The notes under the pieces: model-generated
Told to the model about the DNA's origin: nothing
Seen by the model: only the letters and a program-made list of their open reading frames with translations
Database searches by the model: none
Program-made: the position numbers and the translations under genes
In this document: positions 25,733-32,782 of the stretch, in pieces
Numbering within the stretch: the stretch's first letter is position 1
Layout of the letters: every line of letters starts with the position of its first letter
Source: a virus
Taxonomy: Duplodnaviria; Caudoviricetes
Strand: one strand, 5' to 3'
Length of the DNA stretch: 38,830 nt
Virus record (IMG/VR): IMGVR_UViG_3300028792_000008
Location: 1-38,830 of that record

Positions 25733-26110
25733 TTATGCGGCCTCGCGGCTCATCCACCAATCGAATTGCAGCGCCATCCGCCACAGCTTCGTCTCGGTCT
25801 CCCGCTGGTCGACAGGCGTGCCTGTCATGTGCGCGTAGGGCTCCATCGCGTCACGCACCAGGTCGGCAAGGGTTTCTACGCCCTTGTCACCGGCCGCGCC
25901 ATCGGCCCAGCAGTCGACCTGAATCGTCATCGCGTCGACCGGCGGCGTTCCGCTGAGTTGATTCTCGGGAGTGCCGGTGATCAGGCTCCACGTGACGTAG
26001 GGGGCGACCACGCCCTGAGGCGCCTGGCCGTGCCGATAGATGCGCGTACCGACGAGGGCGGCAAGCGCGGTGCTCGCGCGCAGGGTGTTGTAAACGGGAG
26101 GCAGCATCAT
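25733..26110 (-). CDS. Tail terminator / tail completion protein (DUF3168-like)
   Basis: LVGTRIY..GQAPQ....PYVTW..I...PEN.LSG...QVDCW. Confidence 0.85.
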   Translation of the reverse strand: MMLPPVYNTLRASTALAALVGTRIYRHGQAPQGVVAPYVTWSLITGTPENQLSGTPPVDAMTIQVDCWADGAAGDKGVETLADLVRDAMEPYAHMTGTPVDQRETETKLWRMALQFDWWMSREAA

Positions 26111-26619
26111 CAGCCTTTCAGAAGTCGTTTCGCGATGCGGTCGACGGCTTCGACGAGCGAGGCGGTCGCGACCGTGATGGCCGCCTGAGCCTTCGATTTG
26201 ACGGCCGGGCGAATGAACGGTTCGGCCGGTTGCTGACTGCTGCCGTATTCCAGCAGCTGCGCGGTCTGCAAGGTCGTGACGCGCTTCCCCGCCTTCTCGC
26301 GTTTCTTCAATTTTGTCGAGTCGTTCCCCGCACGAATGTACGCGGCCCGTTTGATACGCACGAGATATCGCTCGCCCTTACCGTCGGTCGGGGCCTTGCC
26401 GCGGGTCACGACGACGTGCTTTGCCAAGAACCCGGTCGACGTGTTGCCGCCGGCCGTGGCCGCGTTCAGGTTCGCGATCTCCTGCACCTGAATGACCTTT
26501 GCGCCCTTGCGCAGCGCGGCACGCACCGGGCCGCCTCGTTTGGAGACGACCTCGGCCGGCAGTTGCCGCAGCATGTTGAGCACCTCGTCGGCGCCTTGCA
26601 GTTTGACGGTTTCGGTCAT
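26110..26619 (-). CDS. HK97 gp10-like neck/tail component
   Basis: RAALRKGAKVI...TGFL...LLEYGSSQQPAEPFIRPA; ATG at 26619. Confidence 0.88.
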   Translation of the reverse strand: MTETVKLQGADEVLNMLRQLPAEVVSKRGGPVRAALRKGAKVIQVQEIANLNAATAGGNTSTGFLAKHVVVTRGKAPTDGKGERYLVRIKRAAYIRAGNDSTKLKKREKAGKRVTTLQTAQLLEYGSSQQPAEPFIRPAVKSKAQAAITVATASLVEAVDRIAKRLLKG

Positions 26620-27266
26620 TTGTCGGCCCACCGGTATCGTTTGAACGCGAAGCTCATGATGCTCTCACGGCCGGCCCGAATCTCGAAATCGTCCTTCTCG
26701 AGCAACAGGAACCCGTGGCGTTCCATCCATTGAACGAACCCGTCTTCGGTGAAGTAGTAAAGGTGCTCGCCGGGGCGATAGTGCTTCGACAGCCGCACCG
26801 CGCCGACCGCGTAGAAAATCGGAATGCTCGTGAAAAGGAACCCGCCGAGGTGCACGTGACGGAAATAGGCCTCCGGCTCCGGGACGTGCTCGATCACATC
26901 CCAGAAGGTGTGGGCGCTGAACTCGCCGAGGTGATGCGCCCACAGATCGTTGCGCTTGAGCCATTCGATGGCCACCGGGTTCACGTCGTGGCCGAAAGTG
27001 TTGGGGCGTTTCTTGATGAACTCGCCGGAGCCGATGCCAATGTCAGCCACACGGTTCTGACCGACCCGCCGATTCACCATCGCGATACGGCCGGCGTTGA
27101 TCGCGAGCGCGATCTCCTGATCTTCGTAGGAGGCGCACTTGGCGTAGTACGGCTCGTCATAGGCGACGAGTTGCGACATGTCACGCTGATAGGCGACGCC
27201 GTGCTCGCGGCAAAGCGCGAGATCGTCGTCGATCTCCGCGGGGTGCTGGGCGATGAATCGATCCAT
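26616..27266 (-). CDS. Class I SAM-dependent methyltransferase
   Basis: VADIGIGSGEF, GHDVNP, TFWDVIEHVPEP, EHLYYFT; ATG at 27266 in a TGATG overlap. Confidence 0.85.
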   Translation of the reverse strand: MDRFIAQHPAEIDDDLALCREHGVAYQRDMSQLVAYDEPYYAKCASYEDQEIALAINAGRIAMVNRRVGQNRVADIGIGSGEFIKKRPNTFGHDVNPVAIEWLKRNDLWAHHLGEFSAHTFWDVIEHVPEPEAYFRHVHLGGFLFTSIPIFYAVGAVRLSKHYRPGEHLYYFTEDGFVQWMERHGFLLLEKDDFEIRAGRESIMSFAFKRYRWADK

Positions 27267-27601
27267 CACTCGGCCTCCCCGTTCGTCACGAAACCATGCC
27301 AGCCGCACCCGCCCACAAGCTGAACGGAACGAGTTTTCCCGCGTTCGCCGTCAAGGGTTAGGTCTGAGAACGACGTTCCTTTGAGCGTCCACCGGCCCGG
27401 CCCCGGCCTTATGGCGTCAGGAGTCCCTCGGTCGCTACTCCAGCAGATCACACTATGTGTGCCGCGTGGGTCGCCATTCTTTGCATAGCAGAGAGGACAA
27501 AGAAACGAGACGCCCATTGCCCCGTCGATCGTTTCAACCACCTGAAACGACCCGGACTCAGTGACGCGTAGGAATTCAGGATCGAGTTCGGTCAGTCGCA
27601 T
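27266..27601 (-). CDS. Small Cys/His protein (DUF6527-like)
   Basis: FLCPLC...H...W...LTL...SV...GCGWHGFVTNG; ATG at 27601. Confidence 0.6.
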   Translation of the reverse strand: MRLTELDPEFLRVTESGSFQVVETIDGAMGVSFLCPLCYAKNGDPRGTHSVICWSSDRGTPDAIRPGPGRWTLKGTSFSDLTLDGERGKTRSVQLVGGCGWHGFVTNGEAE

Positions 27602-28083
27602 GGCTTGAACCCCACGCACGCGAACGACCACGCTAGGTCGCGTTCGCTGTGGATGACCCCGACGAAACCGAGATCGGTCATCAGCTGCGCCATCTGCGCC
27701 GGCAGCCACGCGTGCAGGTGCTTGCGGCAGTGCTGGGGGCGCCAATACTCCATATCCGGGTGCGGGAGGTAGAGGAACAGCGGCGCGCCCGGCTTGAGGC
27801 CTTCTTTCCAATGCTCAATGGCACGCACGGGATCAGCCAGGTGCTCGAGGCAGTGACTCGAAAAAATGTAGTCATGTGGCCCTGGCGGCGAGGCCATCGC
27901 ATCGCCTCCGTCGCGCAGTTCGACCGGTGTCGCGCCAGGCAGTGGCCAACGGCCGGCGCCGATGTCGAGACCACTGCCCTTGCAGAATTGCAGCGCGGCC
28001 GCCGTGATGAACTGGCACGCGTTACCGTGCTTGAGGTACTCCGGGTACAGCGCCCCACGATACGTGAATAGAGTGTCGTTCAC
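27592..28083 (-). CDS. Class I SAM-dependent methyltransferase
   Basis: GLDIGAG, DYIFSSHCLEHL.DP, W...LKPG..LFLYLPH; GTG at 28083 in a GTGA overlap. Confidence 0.85.
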   Translation of the reverse strand: MNDTLFTYRGALYPEYLKHGNACQFITAAALQFCKGSGLDIGAGRWPLPGATPVELRDGGDAMASPPGPHDYIFSSHCLEHLADPVRAIEHWKEGLKPGAPLFLYLPHPDMEYWRPQHCRKHLHAWLPAQMAQLMTDLGFVGVIHSERDLAWSFACVGFKPCD

Positions 28084-28655
28084 ACTGCCTCCTCCCACAA
28101 TGCCAAGCCCATGCCGTTGTGCACGACCTCATCGCGCGGAAGCACCGCCGTCGTCAGTGCGAACACGTCCGGTTGCCACGGCCACGCCTCATGAAACAGG
28201 ACCCGGCCGCACCGGCGCACGAGCTCGAAGTCCGTGGCCGTGTCGTTCGCGTGGTCGCCATCGAGATACGCGAAATCGAACTCGCCGCCGAAGCGTTTCC
28301 ATACCTGCGCTTTCTCGGCGTTGTTCTGTATCGCGAAACACTTCACGTTCTTCACGCCAAGGTGACCGAGCACCTCGTGTTTCAGCGGCCGATCCTCGAT
28401 GTCGACCGTGACCACCTCGTCGAAGTAGCGCGAGAGGACTGCGGCCGTCAGACCGTTCCACGTGCCGATCTCGAAGCACCGGCGGCCCTGCACGCCTCGC
28501 TCCGATAGGAACCGATCAAGGCCGTGGAAGACGCTGGAACGGCGCAACACCTCGGCACCGAAGCGCTCATAGGCCGCGAGTAGGTACGGCTCGCGCAGCA
28601 CTGTTTGCACGCGGTCTCCGACTTGTTTTTCGATTGACTCAGACCAGAATTGCAC
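28080..28655 (-). CDS. Class I SAM-dependent O-methyltransferase-like protein (Methyltransf_24 type)
   Basis: CFEIGTWNGLT, VTVDI, FDFAYLDGDH, VLFHE. Confidence 0.82.
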   Translation of the reverse strand: MQFWSESIEKQVGDRVQTVLREPYLLAAYERFGAEVLRRSSVFHGLDRFLSERGVQGRRCFEIGTWNGLTAAVLSRYFDEVVTVDIEDRPLKHEVLGHLGVKNVKCFAIQNNAEKAQVWKRFGGEFDFAYLDGDHANDTATDFELVRRCGRVLFHEAWPWQPDVFALTTAVLPRDEVVHNGMGLALWEEAV

Positions 28656-28659
28656 TCGT

Positions 28660-29322
28660 TCACCCCTTCATGATTTTAGTCAATCGCGCATCCATCGTGA
28701 CGCGGTCGAGATTCGCGGCCAGCCACTTCCGTTCGAGCTCCGGCGCGTGCCCGATCGGGTCATCGGGGTTGCCCGGCCGCCACGGTTCGTTGACATTGTG
28801 CACACGCGAACTGAAGAAGTCGAAGCCCGTCGCGTACACGCTGGCCGGCGCGTGCTCAAGCACCGCCAGCAGCGCGGAAAACCCGGTGCTTGGGATGTGG
28901 CGGTCCAGCATGTTGAACACCGCCAGGAACTCGTCAAGCATCGGCACGTAAGTCGGGCAAAACCACCAGTCCCGCCGGTGCCGGTAGATGTATCGGAAGT
29001 CGACGCCATTGGGCTTGTTCATCCGCCGGTGCCACTCTGAATCCATGAACTTTGCGTCAGGGCATTTACACACGCACAGCTTGACGCCATCGGCCTTCAA
29101 CTCGTCCGCGGTTTTCTTGATCGAGTCTCCGAAGAAACTGTAATGCACGTCGGTGCGGTAGCCCTGCGCGGGACCCGTTTTGTAGTTGTTCACGCGCACG
29201 ACCACGTCAAACCCGTCGATGACGCCCGGCGCGTTGTCGAGACATCCGGGGCCGCTGCCGACGACGGCAACGCGCTTGCCGTCGAACATGGCGGCAAGGT
29301 CTCGCTTATCGCAGAAAATCAT
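28660..29322 (-). CDS. Sialyltransferase-like glycosyltransferase (GT29-like)
   Basis: L-motif-like RVAVVGSGP...IDGFDVVVRVNNY...GYRTD; S-motif-like PSTGFSALL...VYATGFDF; VS-like H....E; GAAAGG RBS before ATG 29322. Confidence 0.78.
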   Translation of the reverse strand: MIFCDKRDLAAMFDGKRVAVVGSGPGCLDNAPGVIDGFDVVVRVNNYKTGPAQGYRTDVHYSFFGDSIKKTADELKADGVKLCVCKCPDAKFMDSEWHRRMNKPNGVDFRYIYRHRRDWWFCPTYVPMLDEFLAVFNMLDRHIPSTGFSALLAVLEHAPASVYATGFDFFSSRVHNVNEPWRPGNPDDPIGHAPELERKWLAANLDRVTMDARLTKIMKG

Positions 29323-30094
29323 AGGCGGCCTTTCGTATTCCATCCTTGTCGTCATCCATGACCGCGATGGTTGTCGCCGGTTTGTGGATGACCTTCAGCG
29401 GCGTGATCTGCCGCACGTAGGGGTGCCCCGCTCGCAAGCCCCGCTGCGACCACACCATGATCGCCGGTTTGTTGAACGACTCAGCCAGGGGCAGCATGAA
29501 CGAGCAGTAACCGAGGAACCCGTCGGCCGCACTGGCGACATCGAGCAACTGCGCGACGGTCGTCTGATTCGAGAGGTCGATGTCGATACCGGTGAAACGA
29601 TAGAGCGGCTCGCCGGCGCCGACTTGCACGATCAACGCGCGCTCGCGCAGCACATCGATGGCGAGTTGAATCGATCGGCAGTCGGGCAGCAGCTCCGCAC
29701 CGAAACCATCGGTGCGCCCCATCGGAGACCGCGGCAGTTGCACGAGCACGAGGGGGCGACCGGCCGTATGAATCAGGTACTTGACCATGAGCGAGGCATC
29801 GCTGACGCCCCAGTCAAGCCGCAGATCGACCGGCCCGACGATGCCGGCCGCTTGGCAACAGTCCTCGAACTGCGTCGTCCCCGCGCGCCCCTTGCGCGCC
29901 GAGTAGTGCGCGACGATGTCGACGTTTCGATTAAACGGCGTCACTTCGACTCGATCGGCGAGCGGTCGGAACACGTCGGGGTAGTCCGAGCGCACACGCA
30001 TGCGGCGATGCACGCCGGTTTCGATCAGGTGACGCACAACGCTCTGCAGATAGAGCGAGTCGCCGAGGCCGCGGCCACATCGGATGGTTTTCAC
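29306..30094 (-). CDS. GT-B fold glycosyltransferase (GT9/heptosyltransferase-like)
   Basis: GRGLGDSL, IVQVG, IDLSNQTTVAQLLDVASAADGFLGYCSFMLPLAESFNKPAIMVW; GTG at 30094. Confidence 0.8.
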   Translation of the reverse strand: MKTIRCGRGLGDSLYLQSVVRHLIETGVHRRMRVRSDYPDVFRPLADRVEVTPFNRNVDIVAHYSARKGRAGTTQFEDCCQAAGIVGPVDLRLDWGVSDASLMVKYLIHTAGRPLVLVQLPRSPMGRTDGFGAELLPDCRSIQLAIDVLRERALIVQVGAGEPLYRFTGIDIDLSNQTTVAQLLDVASAADGFLGYCSFMLPLAESFNKPAIMVWSQRGLRAGHPYVRQITPLKVIHKPATTIAVMDDDKDGIRKAAYDFLR

Positions 30095-30104
30095 TGTTTC
30101 TCGT

Positions 30105-30236
30105 GTCGGGTGTTTTGGTGAGTGACGACAGTCGCCGCATTCCCCGGTCGCCGGGGCGCGCACATCCTTCGTCTCGCGATCTGCAGAGCGCACCTTCCGC
30201 AGAGGCGTCGAGTCGCCACTCACCGAAACATCAGAC
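30105..30236 (-). ncRNA. Candidate structured RNA / inverted-repeat element
   Basis: 25-bp imperfect terminal inverted repeats (21/25) enclosing internal hairpins; begins at the predicted +1 region of P6. Confidence 0.5.
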
Positions 30237-30244
30237 TCCGGCGC

Positions 30245-30273
30245 ATGATGCGGGTTATTGACGGCACCGTCAA
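30245..30273 (-). promoter_or_regulatory. Operator-promoter P6 inside the late operon
   Basis: TTGACGGCACCGTCAA at 30258-30273; minus strand TTGACG-17 bp-CATCAT(30250-30245). Confidence 0.7.
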
Positions 30274-30860
30274 GAGAGGATCGACTCCAATGGCGCGCGA
30301 GGAAAACACGTGAGCGCGGTTTCCCGCGAGCAGTTTACGACCTCGATGCCGAGAGACTGTGCGCGCCGGGCAACTTGTTTGAAATGGTGCGGCCATCGCG
30401 GCATTGAAACGGCGTTGCCCAAGGTCTTCGGGTGGTCTCCGTGCCAGTGTGTCATGCCGCCCGTTTTCTGGCAGTCATACCCCAGCAGGACGACCCGCTT
30501 CGCGCCGCTCGCGAGGGCCAGCGAGATCGCCGCTGCGCCACTGTTGTGGTAGGTCGTGAACCACTGCGCCCCGTGCAGCGTGGGCACGCCCAACGCACGG
30601 CCGACGGGTGAGCATGTGAGACGCTCACCTTTGAAAACTTTCGACACTTCACTCAGATGCTCGCGCCACCATCGCGCGTCGAATCCGAAAAGAACGTCAG
30701 CCCACGGGCACAGGCGAAACGTCGTGTTCGTGACGATGGTATGCAGTCCGGCCACATGCACGCGATCGCAGTCTTCGCGCGTGAGGCTTGGGCCGCTCGC
30801 CAGGCATGCGACCGTCCGACCCGCCCACCGGTCGCGCCAGTGATCAACCTTGGTTGACAT
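30270..30860 (-). CDS. Glycosyltransferase-like protein (Maf/DUF115 / GT29-GT42-like fold)
   Basis: TVACLASGPSL, IVTN...ADVLFGFD..WW, NSGAAAISLA...GAKRVVLLGYDC, HWHG, VVNCSR.TAL.CFP; ATG at 30860. Confidence 0.72.
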   Translation of the reverse strand: MSTKVDHWRDRWAGRTVACLASGPSLTREDCDRVHVAGLHTIVTNTTFRLCPWADVLFGFDARWWREHLSEVSKVFKGERLTCSPVGRALGVPTLHGAQWFTTYHNSGAAAISLALASGAKRVVLLGYDCQKTGGMTHWHGDHPKTLGNAVSMPRWPHHFKQVARRAQSLGIEVVNCSRETALTCFPRAPLESILS

Positions 30861-31188
30861 TCGACGAGCACGGCAACGTAACGAACCGGATGCCACTGGC
30901 CGGGTCGGGGATGACACCTTCGATGTTGTAAACAACCCCGCGGTGCACGATGCGCATGCGCGCCAGCAAGCCGGGCAATGTGCGCAACGTGATGCGATTC
31001 GACACGCGCGACTGCACTGCCTGCGCGGCGATGAGCTCACGCGCCGACAGCGCGACGATCTCGGCCGGGACATGGCTCGCGAAGGTCATCCAGCCTTCGA
31101 CGATGTTGCCGTCCGAGTCTTGTGAAGTCACGAGGTCTTCGACATCCACGCGATGACGCAGGCGCCCCGCCCGCAGAGGCTTGCTCAT
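30844..31188 (-). CDS. Head closure / head-tail adaptor (SPP1 gp16-like)
   Basis: AGRLRHRV...QDSDG...W...AEI..LSARE..AAQ...RMRIV.RG.VYNIEGV. Confidence 0.9.
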   Translation of the reverse strand: MSKPLRAGRLRHRVDVEDLVTSQDSDGNIVEGWMTFASHVPAEIVALSARELIAAQAVQSRVSNRITLRTLPGLLARMRIVHRGVVYNIEGVIPDPASGIRFVTLPCSSNVNQG

Positions 31189-31838
31189 GCCATCCCGAGG
31201 CGCACGCGCCGCGGCCTCATGAGGGCTTGCGCACTCGTCGGAATCTCGAACAGCTGCACGTCGCCGGCGTTCTCCCGGTTCGCGTACAGCTCGCCCAGCA
31301 CCAAAAGGATTGCGGAGCGCAGGACGGCGGGAAGCGCCTGGCCGCCATCGGAGTCAACACCGTAACCGGTCAGGTAGCGAATCTTCACAACGTTCGTGGC
31401 GCGCGTGACGGCCGGCCACGAACCCGACACCGGCGTGAGCGCCGCCGGCGCGCGGTACAGATCGAGCGTGAACGCATCGTCATTCAGTTCGTTGTCGCTC
31501 TCGTCACCCCATGAAACGCTCAGCACCTGACGCACCGGGCCGCCAGGTAGGACGATCGAAAGAGGGTTGACGGCTTGCGCGTGGCGATGGTGGTGGTGGG
31601 GGTGCGGGGGGTAGCGCCGGGGGAACTCGTCGAACGCGATCTCGAGGATGCGTGTCGTCAACGACAGGCCAAGAAAATCCTCGCAGTGCTCACGTGCCGC
31701 GGCGAGCCAATCCTCAATCTGCGCGTCGTCCAACAGGTCAAGCTCGCTGTCTCCGTACTCGGGTTGCTCGAGGTGTTTGCGGCACTGCGCGACGGTCAAC
31801 GGCTCTGCGCCGAAAATCTCGATGATGCGGGGGGTCAT
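31185..31838 (-). CDS. Head-tail connector (gp6/gp15-like)
   Basis: EPLTV...KHL...DD..I...AAAREHCE.F.G..L; VKIRY.TGY; P..LRSAILL.LG.LY.NRE. Confidence 0.88.
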   Translation of the reverse strand: MTPRIIEIFGAEPLTVAQCRKHLEQPEYGDSELDLLDDAQIEDWLAAAREHCEDFLGLSLTTRILEIAFDEFPRRYPPHPHHHHRHAQAVNPLSIVLPGGPVRQVLSVSWGDESDNELNDDAFTLDLYRAPAALTPVSGSWPAVTRATNVVKIRYLTGYGVDSDGGQALPAVLRSAILLVLGELYANRENAGDVQLFEIPTSAQALMRPRRVRLGMA

Positions 31839-31850
31839 GACGGGCCGCTC

Positions 31851-32771
31851 CTACCGCTTGATCGCAAGTTTCCAGCCGATGCCGTCGCCTGGCGTGCCGG
31901 GGTCGTCTTTCTGCGCCACCCACATGCTGCCGCCGTAAGTCATCGCATCACCATGCAGGTACTTCGTGTCGGTTTTGTACACGCCTCGATAGACGAGCGC
32001 GGCCGTTCGAACCTCTCGCACGACGGTTTCCTCGTGGCCAGCGCCGCGCAGTTTGACCACGATGGTCCGACCGCCGTCCTTCGACTCGAGCGCGAAGTCG
32101 TCGAAACTCACCCCGTCGCGGCCATCCTTAGGCTGCGGGAAGCGATCGACGGCCCGCTGCAGTAGGTCGGTGGCCCGGCGCTCGAAATCGAGCTCCCAAC
32201 GGCTCATTTCACCTTGGATCAGCGGCTTGATGTCGTCGACGGTCACGCTCTTGCCGGCCGTTCCGGGTTCGCCGGGGGCGCCACGCTCACCCCGAGGGCC
32301 GGGCGCACCATCTTTACCATCGACGCCGACCGGACCTTGAGGACCCGCCTCGCCCGCAGGTCCGGCCGTCCCTGGTTCACCTTGGGGGCCGGGCGCACCA
32401 TCCTTGCCGTCGATGCCGGGGGCGCCATCCTTGCCGTCGATGCCGGGCGCACCATCCTTGCCGTCGATGCCGGGGGCGCCACGCTCACCCTGAGGGCCGG
32501 GAGCACCGTCTTTACCATCGATGCCTGGCGCACCATCCTTGCCATTGATGCCGTCCACGCCGCGTTCGCCGTTGTGTCCGTCGGTTCCCGCGGCCCCACG
32601 CTCACCCTGAGGGCCGGGCGCGCCATCCTTGCCGTTGATGGCCGGGGGCAGTTCTCGAAACGTGGTCGCGATCAGTTCACGCAACGTGATTTCCAGCTCG
32701 CCGAAACGACGGGCAACATAGCCCTTCACCGTCTTCGTGAGGCTGTCTGCGATCTCGCTGATTTCCGACAT
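31851..32771 (-). CDS. Collagen-like (Gly-X-Y) head-associated protein
   Basis: Long G-X-Y run (GIDGKDGAP, GPQGERGAP); C-terminus YRGVY...GDAMTYGGSMWVA...PG...WKLAIKR. Confidence 0.8.
   Translation of the reverse strand: MSEISEIADSLTKTVKGYVARRFGELEITLRELIATTFRELPPAINGKDGAPGPQGERGAAGTDGHNGERGVDGINGKDGAPGIDGKDGAPGPQGERGAPGIDGKDGAPGIDGKDGAPGIDGKDGAPGPQGEPGTAGPAGEAGPQGPVGVDGKDGAPGPRGERGAPGEPGTAGKSVTVDDIKPLIQGEMSRWELDFERRATDLLQRAVDRFPQPKDGRDGVSFDDFALESKDGGRTIVVKLRGAGHEETVVREVRTAALVYRGVYKTDTKYLHGDAMTYGGSMWVAQKDDPGTPGDGIGWKLAIKR
32270..32640. repeat. Collagen-coding tandem repeats (27-bp units)
   Basis: Repeated (G)CCATCCTTGCCGTCGATGCCGGG and CCACGCTCACCC units on the plus strand. Confidence 0.85.
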
Positions 32772-32782
32772 TTTCCGACCCT

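Noticed and set aside
26616-28655. Methyltransferases as DNA (restriction-modification) methylases
   Set aside because: No DPPY/NPPY or PC catalytic motifs; the patterns fit small-molecule or glycan class I methyltransferases.
30095-30236. Hammerhead ribozyme or SAH riboswitch
   Set aside because: CUGAUG is followed by U rather than A and the required stems do not form; the SAH consensus elements are not matched by eye.
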